Source of the DNA: an uncultured delta proteobacterium
GTDB taxonomy: Bacteria; Myxococcota_A; Polyangia; Polyangiales; Polyangiaceae
Assembly (NCBI GenBank): GCA_963716725.1
Contig: CAVQUB010000006.1
Location: 160,001-224,000, forward strand
Length of the DNA: 64,000 bases
Direction of reading: 5' to 3'
Shown: one piece after another, positions 51,356 to 59,513 of the stretch
Numbering within the stretch: the stretch's first letter is position 1
How the letters are laid out: each line of letters begins with the position of its first letter
The notes under the pieces: generated by a model
The model's database searches: none
What the model saw: the letters and a program-made list of their open reading frames with translations, nothing else
What the model was told of the DNA's origin: nothing
Made by a program: the position numbers and the translations under genes

Positions 51356-52150
51356 ATGGGCGTCCGAGAGTTCATCGAGCGAGCGCAGGCCTTGTCCGGC
51401 GCCGATCCGCAGCTCTTGGATCGCATGTCCGCCGCGGCGAGCACGCGCAACCTGACGCGTGGGGAGATGCTCTGGCGCGCTGGGGATCAGGCCAAGTCCC
51501 TCAGCGTGATCAAGACCGGCCTGGTCAAGGTGGTGCGACCTGCCGCCCGCGGGCGCGCGTCGATCTGCGGCATCTTCGGCCCGCCGGACACGGTGGGGGA
51601 TCTGGCCGTGCTGCGCGGCATCGCCTACCCCGCGGACGCCATCGTCGCGACTGATTCCGCCACCGTCATTTGCATCCCGGGGATCCTGTTGACGGATCCC
51701 AGCACGCAGTCGACGCCCCTGGCCATGAGCATGGCTTGCGCGATGCACACCAAGCTCGCCGCGTTGCACGACAAGGTCGAAGTGTTGTCCGCGGGCTCGG
51801 TCGAGGCGCGGCTCGCCACCCTGCTGATCAAGCTCTACGACCGCTTCGGCGACGACTTCGACGACGGGTCGCATAGCATCCCCGTGGCGCTCTCGCGTCG
51901 CGAGCTGGCCGAGCTGGTCGCCACCTCCTTCGAGACCGCCATAAGGGTGATGACTCGCTGGGAGCGCGAGGGCGTACTCGTCACCACGGCCCACGGCTTC
52001 ACGGTCAACCGACTCGAGACCTTGAGGGCGGCCGCGGGTGGTGACGGGGCCGACGCGTTGATCTCCGCTCACCCGTTGACGACGGCGAGGGGGAGCCGAC
52101 CCATCCGAGCCTCGCGCTCGAGCCGGTCGCGCTCGAACTGCTGCTCGTAG
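51356..52150 (+). CDS. Crp/Fnr family regulator without the Fnr N-terminal Cys cluster
   Basis: cNMP-binding-like domain, VEARLA, LSRRELAELVATSFETAIRVM. Confidence 0.9.
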   Translation: MGVREFIERAQALSGADPQLLDRMSAAASTRNLTRGEMLWRAGDQAKSLSVIKTGLVKVVRPAARGRASICGIFGPPDTVGDLAVLRGIAYPADAIVATDSATVICIPGILLTDPSTQSTPLAMSMACAMHTKLAALHDKVEVLSAGSVEARLATLLIKLYDRFGDDFDDGSHSIPVALSRRELAELVATSFETAIRVMTRWEREGVLVTTAHGFTVNRLETLRAAAGGDGADALISAHPLTTARGSRPIRASRSSRSRSNCCS

Positions 52151-53190
52151 CCCCGCGGCACGTAGGCGCAGGTGCCATCCCAGTCGAGCATGTCACCGGT
52201 CATCGCGTAGGCGCGGGCGCGCGACCCCCCGCAGAGCTGCCTGTATTCGCAGGCGCCGCATTTACCCAGCAGCAGGTCCGGATCGCGCAGCTGGCGCAGG
52301 GTCGGACTGGTTTGGTAGATCTCGATCACGTCGCGGTCGCGCACATTGCCGCAGGGGATGGGCAAGAAGCCGCTCGGGAAGACCTCGCCGCGGTGGGATA
52401 CGAACAAGAAGCCGCGACCGTCGTTGACGCGCAGGCCCTGCTTGCCACGGGTGCCGTGCTCGGCGGCGACGCCGCTCGCGCGCTTGCGCTCGGCGAGGAC
52501 TCGCCGATAGTGCGGGGCCGCCGTGGTCTTGAGCGCGAAGGGCTCGCGTTCCGCGATGGCAGCGAGCTCCTCGAGCGCGCTCTCGACCTGAGCGTCGGTG
52601 GGCAGCATTGCGAGCTCCGCGCGCCCGGTGGGCACCACGAAGAACACGCTCCACAAGAGGCAACCCGCGTCGCGCACGACTTGGGCCATCTCGTTCAAGA
52701 TGTGGATGTTCTTCGCGTGGATGCTGGTGTTGATCTGCGTGCCGATCCCGGCAGCCTTCGCGTCGCGCAAGATGCGCAGGGACGTGTCGAAGCTCCCGGG
52801 GACGCCGCGGAAGGCGTCGTGGGCCGGCGCCCTCGGTGCGTCCACGCTGACCGCGAGCCGAGACAGCCCCGCCTCCGCCAGTTGTCGAATCAGCTCGGTC
52901 GTCACCAGCGGCGTCGCGCTGGGAGTGAGCCCCATGAGCAAGCCGCGGGAGCGCCCGTGGGCCACGAGTTCGAGCAGATCGGGGCGCTTTGCGGGATCGC
53001 CGCCGGTCAGGATCACGAGGGGGACTCGGGCGTCGGCGAAGCGATCCAGGAGGCGCTTGCCTTCTTCCGTGTCGAGCTCGCGCGGATCACGGGATGGCTT
53101 GGCGCAGGCGCGGCAGTGCTCGCACACCAGATCACAAGCCTGAGTGGTCTCCCAGATGGCGATGAAGGGGTGGTCGTCGAATTTGGCCAC
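52069..53190 (-). CDS. Radical SAM/SPASM protein, NirJ/Ahb heme-biosynthesis-like
   Basis: WETTQACDLVCEHCRA, LTGGDP, GKCGACEYRQLCGGSRARAYA. Confidence 0.88.
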   Translation of the reverse strand: MAKFDDHPFIAIWETTQACDLVCEHCRACAKPSRDPRELDTEEGKRLLDRFADARVPLVILTGGDPAKRPDLLELVAHGRSRGLLMGLTPSATPLVTTELIRQLAEAGLSRLAVSVDAPRAPAHDAFRGVPGSFDTSLRILRDAKAAGIGTQINTSIHAKNIHILNEMAQVVRDAGCLLWSVFFVVPTGRAELAMLPTDAQVESALEELAAIAEREPFALKTTAAPHYRRVLAERKRASGVAAEHGTRGKQGLRVNDGRGFLFVSHRGEVFPSGFLPIPCGNVRDRDVIEIYQTSPTLRQLRDPDLLLGKCGACEYRQLCGGSRARAYAMTGDMLDWDGTCAYVPRGYEQQFERDRLEREARMGRLPLAVVNG

Positions 53191-53472
53191 GGAGGTCTGC
53201 CTTCCGCGGAGCAAGGTACGTGCCCAACGCAAAAGACGCCAGCTGCTCGCGCCATCGTGACCTTGCCGCCGCGCCGGGCGCCAGGCTTGCGGAGACCCGA
53301 GCACCGAGCGCAGCCGATGCGCATCTCGGCGGGTTGGGCAGGGCTTTTCCTGGACAAGCGCGGACAACTCCGCGGACTCACAAAAATGCACTAGGGTGCG
53401 CCGCGCAGCCCGCGAGCTGCACCACCTGGAGTGGAACCCCGTCCCCACGGGGATACCTGGAGGACTAAGAAG

Positions 53473-53880
53473 ATGGATCTCAGAATTGTTCTGGTCGCGA
53501 GTGCCGCGCTGCTCCTGAGCGTCGGTTGCAACAAGGAGGAGAAGGCCTCGGGCGGCGCCGTCGGCGCGAGCACCGGGGCAGCCACCGCGGCTGCGGGCGG
53601 CGACGACCCCGCCGCCTACTACAAGATGAAGTGCGCCGTTTGCCACGGCGACACGGGTGGTGGCGACGGCCCCGGCGGAACGGCCCTCGATCCGAAGCCG
53701 CGCAACTTCACCGACGCGACCTGGCAGGGTGCGACCAAAGACGAGGACATCAAGAAGGCCATCGTCGAGGGCGGCGCCTCCATCGGAAAGAGCGCGACCA
53801 TGCCGGGAAATCCGGACCTCAGGAGCAAGCCGGCCCTCTCCGACGCCCTCGTGAAGTACGTCCGTGGCTTGAAGAAGTGA
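53473..53880 (+). CDS. Monoheme c-type cytochrome lipoprotein
   Basis: SVGC lipobox-like, CAVCH, PKPRNF, distal MP. Confidence 0.9.
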   Translation: MDLRIVLVASAALLLSVGCNKEEKASGGAVGASTGAATAAAGGDDPAAYYKMKCAVCHGDTGGGDGPGGTALDPKPRNFTDATWQGATKDEDIKKAIVEGGASIGKSATMPGNPDLRSKPALSDALVKYVRGLKK

Positions 53881-53913
53881 ACCTGTACCGGGGGGCGGCG
53901 AGCGCCGCGGCCA

Positions 53914-54414
53914 TCAGCCGCGGCGTTTTCGCTTTTTTGCGGCCGATGCGACCACATCAGCCAGTGTGCTCTCCCTCGCCCAGCTCTGGAGCGCCTCGCT
54001 GAGCACCGACCAGGCAGGGTGCAGGGGACAGGGTTTCTTCTCGTCGCACTTACCCCAACCAAAGACGCAGCGCCCACCGACCGGCGCTTCACCCATGGCA
54101 GCGAGCACGTCTGCGAAGCGGATCTCACTCGCCGGACGCGCCAGCACGAACCCGCCGCCGTGCCCCTTCTGGGAATCCAGAAGCCCCGCTGCCACGAGTC
54201 GCCGCAGCACCTTCGACAGATAGTGCGCCGGCACGCTGGCTTCGACGGCGAGGTCCGCGGCCTTTCGCGCAACCCGATCGCCCTGCGCCAGGCAGGTCAT
54301 GGCTCGGAGCGCATACTCTGCGCTCTGCGACACCGGCGAGATGCCATCGCGCAAGGCGACCGACAGGCTCCGCTTCTTCGACGGCGTTCTCTTGGTCGAC
54401 ATGATCGTTGTCAC
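53914..54414 (-). CDS. Rrf2 family Fe-S transcriptional regulator
   Basis: EYALRAM, YLSKVL, KGHGGGFVLAR, CVFGWGKC..KPCPLH; start uncertain. Confidence 0.92.
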   Translation of the reverse strand: MTTIMSTKRTPSKKRSLSVALRDGISPVSQSAEYALRAMTCLAQGDRVARKAADLAVEASVPAHYLSKVLRRLVAAGLLDSQKGHGGGFVLARPASEIRFADVLAAMGEAPVGGRCVFGWGKCDEKKPCPLHPAWSVLSEALQSWARESTLADVVASAAKKRKRRG

Positions 54415-54449
54415 TCCCGGCTTCGAGGCCGTTGAAACTTACCCCATCA

Positions 54450-54467
54450 ATGGACCACGATGTCCAT
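54450..54467. promoter_or_regulatory. Palindromic operator between rrf2 and the oxidase-like operon
   Basis: ATGGAC-N6-GTCCAT. Confidence 0.45.
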
Positions 54468-55962
54468 AAACGAGCTTCCCGTCCAGACACCCATGAGTTC
54501 CGCGCGCATTTCCGACCAATCTCCCGAAGCCACCAGCGCTCGGCGCTGGGTGCTGCTCGCGGTGGGTTCGCTGCTGATGTCCGGCGTTTTGGCGCTGCTC
54601 TTGGTCGTCGCTCGCGTCCCCATCTTCTCGAGTTGGGTCACCGACCCGGCGTTCTTCCGGCGCTGCTTGGTGGTGCACGTCGATCTCTCGCTCCTGGTCT
54701 GGGTCTACGCGTTTGCAGCGGCACTCTCGTTCTTGTTGCCCAAGTCCGGCGCGAGCTCGGCGCCGAGTCGCGCCGGGGTGTTCGTCGCCTCCGCCGGCGT
54801 CGCGCTGCTGCTGTTTGCAGCCGGAGCGCCGGGCGCGCAGCCGATCCTCGCCAACTACGTGCCGGTGATCGACCACTGGTCGTTCTCCGCCGGCCTGGTC
54901 GTGTTTGCGGCCGGCGTGCTGCTCAGCGTGCTCGATCGGCGCCTGCTGCCCAGCGAGCCGGCGCCCGGAAGCGTACTCCCGGTGCCGGCAGCCGCCGTGC
55001 CCGGGATTCGCACGACCTGCATCGCGCTCTGTATCGCGGCCCTCACTTTCGCCTCCACCTGGATCTCGCGACCAAGGGGGCTGGACCCGGCGACGCTCTA
55101 CGAGCTCGGCAACTGGGGCGGCGGGCACGTGCTCCAGCTCGCGAGCAGCGCCGCAATGCTGAGCGTCTGGTTGATCCTGCTGGCCGGCGTGCTCGGTCGC
55201 GCGCCACTGTCGCGTGGAGCGGCCGCCGCGCTCTTCGGCGTCCTGCTCTTGCCCTGGACCGCCGCACCGCTGCTCGCCGCCAGCGGCATGCAGAACGTCG
55301 TCGCGCGCGAGGGCTTCACGCTGCTCATGCGCTGGGGGATCTTCCCGGCCGCCGCCGTCGTGCTCATCGCGTGCCTGCGCGCGGTCGTCCAAGGCTTCCG
55401 CGACGGCGCGCTGACCCGGTCGGATCTGCGCGACCCGCGGCTCGTCGGCTTCTTTGCCAGCGCGGGTCTCACGCTGCTCGGTTGGATACTGGGCGCGCTG
55501 ATCGACGGATCGACGACGATGATTCCAGCGCACTATCACGCCTCCATCGGCGGCGTGACGGTGGCGTTCATGGCGCTCACCTACCCGCTGCTCGAGGCCG
55601 TGGGCGTGCCGGTGCGGGCGTCGCGCTTCGCTCGACGCACCACCCACTGGCAGCCGGCGCTCTTCGGTGTGGGTCAGGGCGTCTTCGCCATCGGATTCGC
55701 GCTGGCGGGTGCCCATGGCATGGGGCGAAAACTCTACGGCGCCGAGCAGAATGCCCGCAGCGTCTGGCAACAGCTGGGCCTGGCCGTCATGGGCTTCGGA
55801 GGTCTGGTAGCGATCATCGCGGGGCTGCTGTTCCTCGCCATCGTCGTCAGCGCCTGGCTCCGCCGCGAACGCGCCCGCGTCTCGGCCTGGGAAAGCACAA
55901 CCCGCATCCGCGGGGGAACACGCCTCGAATTGAAGGAAAGGACCGGAGGGTCACATGGCTGA
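54460..55962 (+). CDS. Divergent heme-copper oxidase subunit I-like membrane protein
   Basis: About 12 TM helices; VHVDL, GGGHVLQ, IPAHYH motifs; no HH pair. Confidence 0.7.
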   Translation: MSINELPVQTPMSSARISDQSPEATSARRWVLLAVGSLLMSGVLALLLVVARVPIFSSWVTDPAFFRRCLVVHVDLSLLVWVYAFAAALSFLLPKSGASSAPSRAGVFVASAGVALLLFAAGAPGAQPILANYVPVIDHWSFSAGLVVFAAGVLLSVLDRRLLPSEPAPGSVLPVPAAAVPGIRTTCIALCIAALTFASTWISRPRGLDPATLYELGNWGGGHVLQLASSAAMLSVWLILLAGVLGRAPLSRGAAAALFGVLLLPWTAAPLLAASGMQNVVAREGFTLLMRWGIFPAAAVVLIACLRAVVQGFRDGALTRSDLRDPRLVGFFASAGLTLLGWILGALIDGSTTMIPAHYHASIGGVTVAFMALTYPLLEAVGVPVRASRFARRTTHWQPALFGVGQGVFAIGFALAGAHGMGRKLYGAEQNARSVWQQLGLAVMGFGGLVAIIAGLLFLAIVVSAWLRRERARVSAWESTTRIRGGTRLELKERTGGSHG

Positions 55963-56105
55963 GACAAAGCCGATTCACCCCGTTCAGAAGCTGCTCGACA
56001 ACCCATGGCTCTTGCTCGCACTCGGAGTGCTGCTGCCGATCATCTCCTACACGGTTTGGGGATTGGTGGAGCTGCCAGAACCTGAAGCCAGCCCCGCTGC
56101 CCTGA
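55955..56105 (+). CDS. Small single-TM accessory subunit (probable single-base insertion near 56073)
   Basis: VQKLLDNPWLLLALGVLLPIISYTVWGLVEL then QNLKPAPLP-stop in the next frame. Confidence 0.6.
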
Positions 56106-56115
56106 GGAAACGAAG

Positions 56116-56643
56116 ATGGGAATCACAGCCCCGCCTGCAGACTGGTTCAAGGCGCCCTCGGGCACCGAACGCGCCTGGATCGGCCTCGCGCTGCTCTGGT
56201 GCATCGTGCTCACCCTGGCGATGCCGTACTGGCACTTCAAGGGCAAGCAAAACAGCACCGGCGAGGCGTACTCGGTGGAACCCGCCAAGTTCGCTGCGCG
56301 TGTGCAGAGCTTCGTCGCATCGAACAAGGTCGACGAGAAGAACGGCATCCCGGTGGTCGAAGCCGCCCCGGGCGGTGACGCCTATCTGCAAGCGCAGATG
56401 TGGACCTTCTATCCGATCCTCAAGTTCCGCAAAGGGCAGACCTACCGGCTGCACATGTCCTCGACGGACATCCAGCACGGTTTCTCGCTGCTCCCCATCA
56501 ACATGAACTTCCAAGTGCTGCCGGGCTACGACCACGTGCTCACCATCACCCCAACGATGACCGGCGAGTTCCCGATCATCTGCAACGAATTCTGCGGCAT
56601 CGGGCACCACCAGATGACCGGCAAGATCATCGTGACGGAGTAG
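56116..56643 (+). CDS. Heme-copper oxidase subunit II (CuA), B-family-like single TM
   Basis: DIQHGF...CNEFCGIGHHQM. Confidence 0.93.
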   Translation: MGITAPPADWFKAPSGTERAWIGLALLWCIVLTLAMPYWHFKGKQNSTGEAYSVEPAKFAARVQSFVASNKVDEKNGIPVVEAAPGGDAYLQAQMWTFYPILKFRKGQTYRLHMSSTDIQHGFSLLPINMNFQVLPGYDHVLTITPTMTGEFPIICNEFCGIGHHQMTGKIIVTE

Positions 56644-56647
56644 CCGA

Positions 56648-58252
56648 ATGACGACGATGGATCCCACTGTCGATGGCGGGCTGGTGGACGGCCCGGCCGA
56701 CGAGGCCGAACCCAAGGGCAATCACGCGCCCGGCATGTCGCGCATCTGCGGCACCACGGGCTTCACGGTCGACCTGACCGCCCAGAAGTTCATCCAACTC
56801 AACGCGGTGGCTGCCGTGGTTTGCCTGCTCTTGGGCGGCATCGCGGCGCTGCTCATCGCCCTCACCCGCTGGCCTGCGGTCCATCTGCTCAACGCAGAGT
56901 GGTACTACCGCATGGTCACCTTCCACGGTCTCGCGATGTTGATCTTGTGGATGATCTTCTTCGAGATGGCGGTGCTGTATTTCGCGGGCACCGTGCTGCT
57001 CAAGAGCAGGCTCGCGTCGTCGAGGGTCGCCTGGGTCAGCTTCATCATGATGGTGATCGGCGCCGGCATGGTCGCGACCATGGTGCTCACCGGCAAAGCA
57101 GACGTGATGTTCACGTCTTACGCGCCGCTGAAGGCCCACCATCTCTACTACCTGGGCATCATCCTGTTTGCGGTCGGCACGCTCATCGGCGTGATCAACT
57201 TCTTCGCGACCATCTACATCGCGAAGCGCGACAAGACCTACAAGGGCTCGGTGCCCCTGGTCGTATTCGGCGCCATCACCGCCGCCATCATCGCCGTCGG
57301 CACCTTGCTGCACGGCGCCGCCATCATGGTCCCGACTTGGCTCTGGGCCCTCGGCGTGATCCCCCACATGGACTCCGCCGCGTACCGGCTCGTCTTCTGG
57401 GGCCTCGGTCACCCGTCGCAGCAGATCAACGTCGCGGCGATGGTCAGCGTCTGGTACCTGCTGAGCGCCATCACGGTGGGCGGCAAGGTCCTGAACCAGG
57501 GCGTGTCGCGCGTTGCCTTCCTGTTCTACATCCTCTTCATCAACCTGGCCTCGGCCCACCACCTCTTGGTCGATCCCGGCCTCAGCGCCGGCTGGAAGAT
57601 CTGGAATACGTCCTACGCGATGTACCTGGCGGTGCTCGCGTCGATGATCCACGGCTACACCGTGCCGGCGTCGGTCGAGGTCGCCCTGCGCAAGCAAGGG
57701 CACGACAAGGGATTGTTCGGCTGGCTCGGGGCCGCGCCCTGGAGCAACCCCGGATTTTCGGGCTTCTTCCTGTCCTTGCTGATCTTCGGCTTCATCGGCG
57801 GCATCACCGGCGTGACGCTGGGGACCGAGCAGATCAACATCATCGCGCACAATACCCTGCGCATCCCCGGCCACTTCCACTCCACGGTCGTGGGCGGCAC
57901 GACGCTGGCCTTCATGGCGGTGACCTACTACGTGGTGCCGCTGATCTTCCGCCGCGAATACCCGATGCGCGCCATTTGCAAGCTGCAACCCTTCGTGTTC
58001 GCGCTGGGCATCGTCATGATCTCGTTCGGCATGTCCTTCGCGGGATCGTATGGCGTCTCGCGTCGGCACTGGGATATCGAGTTCACGGGCGCAACCCACG
58101 CCGCCGGCTACGATCCGAGCGTGCACGTGTGGCTGGCGCTGGTCGGCATCGGCGGCATCGTCGCCTTCACCGGCCTCTTGATGTACGTGCTGACGACGGT
58201 CGCCGCGGTCTTCTTCGGCAAGAAGATCGACGGCAAGATGACGGCTTGGTGA
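56648..58252 (+). CDS. Heme-copper superfamily subunit I, eNOR-like nitric oxide reductase
   Basis: TFHG, GHPSQQIN (Gln at the H+4 Tyr position), SAHH, GHFH. Confidence 0.8.
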   Translation: MTTMDPTVDGGLVDGPADEAEPKGNHAPGMSRICGTTGFTVDLTAQKFIQLNAVAAVVCLLLGGIAALLIALTRWPAVHLLNAEWYYRMVTFHGLAMLILWMIFFEMAVLYFAGTVLLKSRLASSRVAWVSFIMMVIGAGMVATMVLTGKADVMFTSYAPLKAHHLYYLGIILFAVGTLIGVINFFATIYIAKRDKTYKGSVPLVVFGAITAAIIAVGTLLHGAAIMVPTWLWALGVIPHMDSAAYRLVFWGLGHPSQQINVAAMVSVWYLLSAITVGGKVLNQGVSRVAFLFYILFINLASAHHLLVDPGLSAGWKIWNTSYAMYLAVLASMIHGYTVPASVEVALRKQGHDKGLFGWLGAAPWSNPGFSGFFLSLLIFGFIGGITGVTLGTEQINIIAHNTLRIPGHFHSTVVGGTTLAFMAVTYYVVPLIFRREYPMRAICKLQPFVFALGIVMISFGMSFAGSYGVSRRHWDIEFTGATHAAGYDPSVHVWLALVGIGGIVAFTGLLMYVLTTVAAVFFGKKIDGKMTAW

Positions 58253-58265
58253 CAAGGAGGATCCG

Positions 58266-58439
58266 ATGGCCAAACAAGACAAAGCCGCCGAGGTGATCGA
58301 GAAAGAGTCGGAGCACCACGGCGACGAGGCCCACAAGGCCCCGGGCACCTTCGTGCTCACCCTGATCCTGCTCGTTTCGTTCGCCGTCTACTACTTCGCC
58401 AACTGGAAAGCGCTGGCGGACGTCTGGCACGTCCGCTGA
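58266..58439 (+). CDS. Small single-TM subunit (IIa-like) or frameshifted tail of subunit I
   Basis: Hand translation, 57 aa: MAKQDK...APGTFVLTLILLVSFAVYYFANWKALADVWHVR; SD AAGGAGG. Confidence 0.7.
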   Translation: MAKQDKAAEVIEKESEHHGDEAHKAPGTFVLTLILLVSFAVYYFANWKALADVWHVR

Positions 58440-58453
58440 GCGCTCCCTATACA

Positions 58454-59512
58454 GTGACCGCCATGGCTGACTCCGCCGACAGCGCAGGCCCGGACTCGGG
58501 ACGCCCCGAAAGCCCGGACACCGGCGCTGCCGCGGAGCCGGCGGCCGGCGGGTCTGCCGGCCTGGCGCGCGACGACGCCTCCGGCCTGCCGCGTCCGCTG
58601 GCGTGGATGCACGTGTTTTTCTCGTCGTGGCGCTTCCCGGTGCTGATGTTGGCGGTGCTGCTCTCCTTCGACGTCTTCCAGCTCGCGATGCTGGTGATCC
58701 CCAAGAGCGACGTGGGCATCGGTGCCTTCGCCGAAGAGTTCAGGATCTGGTGTTACGGCCTCGACCAAGAGACCGGTGCCTACAAGATCAGCTACATCGC
58801 GATGTTCCTGGCGCAGCCCGCCGTCATGTGCGGTGTGCTGCTCGTCGTCTGGGGCAAGCAGGTTCGAGAGGCCCTGCGCAGCCGACCCCGCGCGTTGCTG
58901 CCTTACCTCGGGGTGGCGCTGCTCATGGTGAGCGCGGCGCTGGTGAGCTTGGTGGGCTTGGGCGGAGACGCCGCTGCCGCCCCGGTGCCCTTCCCGGCGG
59001 CGGCGCTCCGTACCGCGAAGCCCGCGCCGGCCGTGGCGCTGACCGACCAAGACGGCCAGAAGACCGAGCTCGCGGCGCTCCAGGGCAAGGTGGTGGTGGT
59101 CACGGGGATCTATGCCACGTGCTTTCACACCTGCCCCCTGATCATGGGTCAGCTTCGGCGCAGCCTGGATGCCCTCTCCAAAGCCGACCGCGAGCACGTC
59201 CGCGTGCTGGCGGTGACGCTCAACCCGGAGCACGACAAGCAGCCGGTGATGCTCAAGACCGCCGCTCGCTACCAGGTGAAGTCTCCCGAGTATCGACTGC
59301 TGTGGGGCGAACCCGAAGCAGTGAACGCGACGCTCGACCGACTCGAGATCGCGCGATCGAAGAACCCGATGAACGGGGAAATCGACCACGCCAACCTCTT
59401 CATCGTCGTCGACCGCAAAGGCCAAGTCGCGTACCGCCTCACGCTGGGCGACAACCAAGAACGCTGGCTCAGCGACGCCATCAAGCTGCTCGTCAAGGAG
59501 CCGGGCGCCTGA
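58454..59512 (+). CDS. SCO/SenC copper chaperone with extended N-terminal TM region
   Basis: LTDQDG, YATCFHTCP, TLNPEHD, IDHAN. Confidence 0.9.
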   Translation: MTAMADSADSAGPDSGRPESPDTGAAAEPAAGGSAGLARDDASGLPRPLAWMHVFFSSWRFPVLMLAVLLSFDVFQLAMLVIPKSDVGIGAFAEEFRIWCYGLDQETGAYKISYIAMFLAQPAVMCGVLLVVWGKQVREALRSRPRALLPYLGVALLMVSAALVSLVGLGGDAAAAPVPFPAAALRTAKPAPAVALTDQDGQKTELAALQGKVVVVTGIYATCFHTCPLIMGQLRRSLDALSKADREHVRVLAVTLNPEHDKQPVMLKTAARYQVKSPEYRLLWGEPEAVNATLDRLEIARSKNPMNGEIDHANLFIVVDRKGQVAYRLTLGDNQERWLSDAIKLLVKEPGA

Positions 59513-59513
59513 G

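Noticed and set aside
52069..52150. Functional significance of convergent 3' overlaps (also 30772-30890)
   Set aside because: Short tail overlaps are common in GC-rich genomes and may reflect stop-codon drift or errors.
56648..58252. Ordinary ba3/aa3 oxygen reductase
   Set aside because: The active-site Tyr is absent from helix VI.
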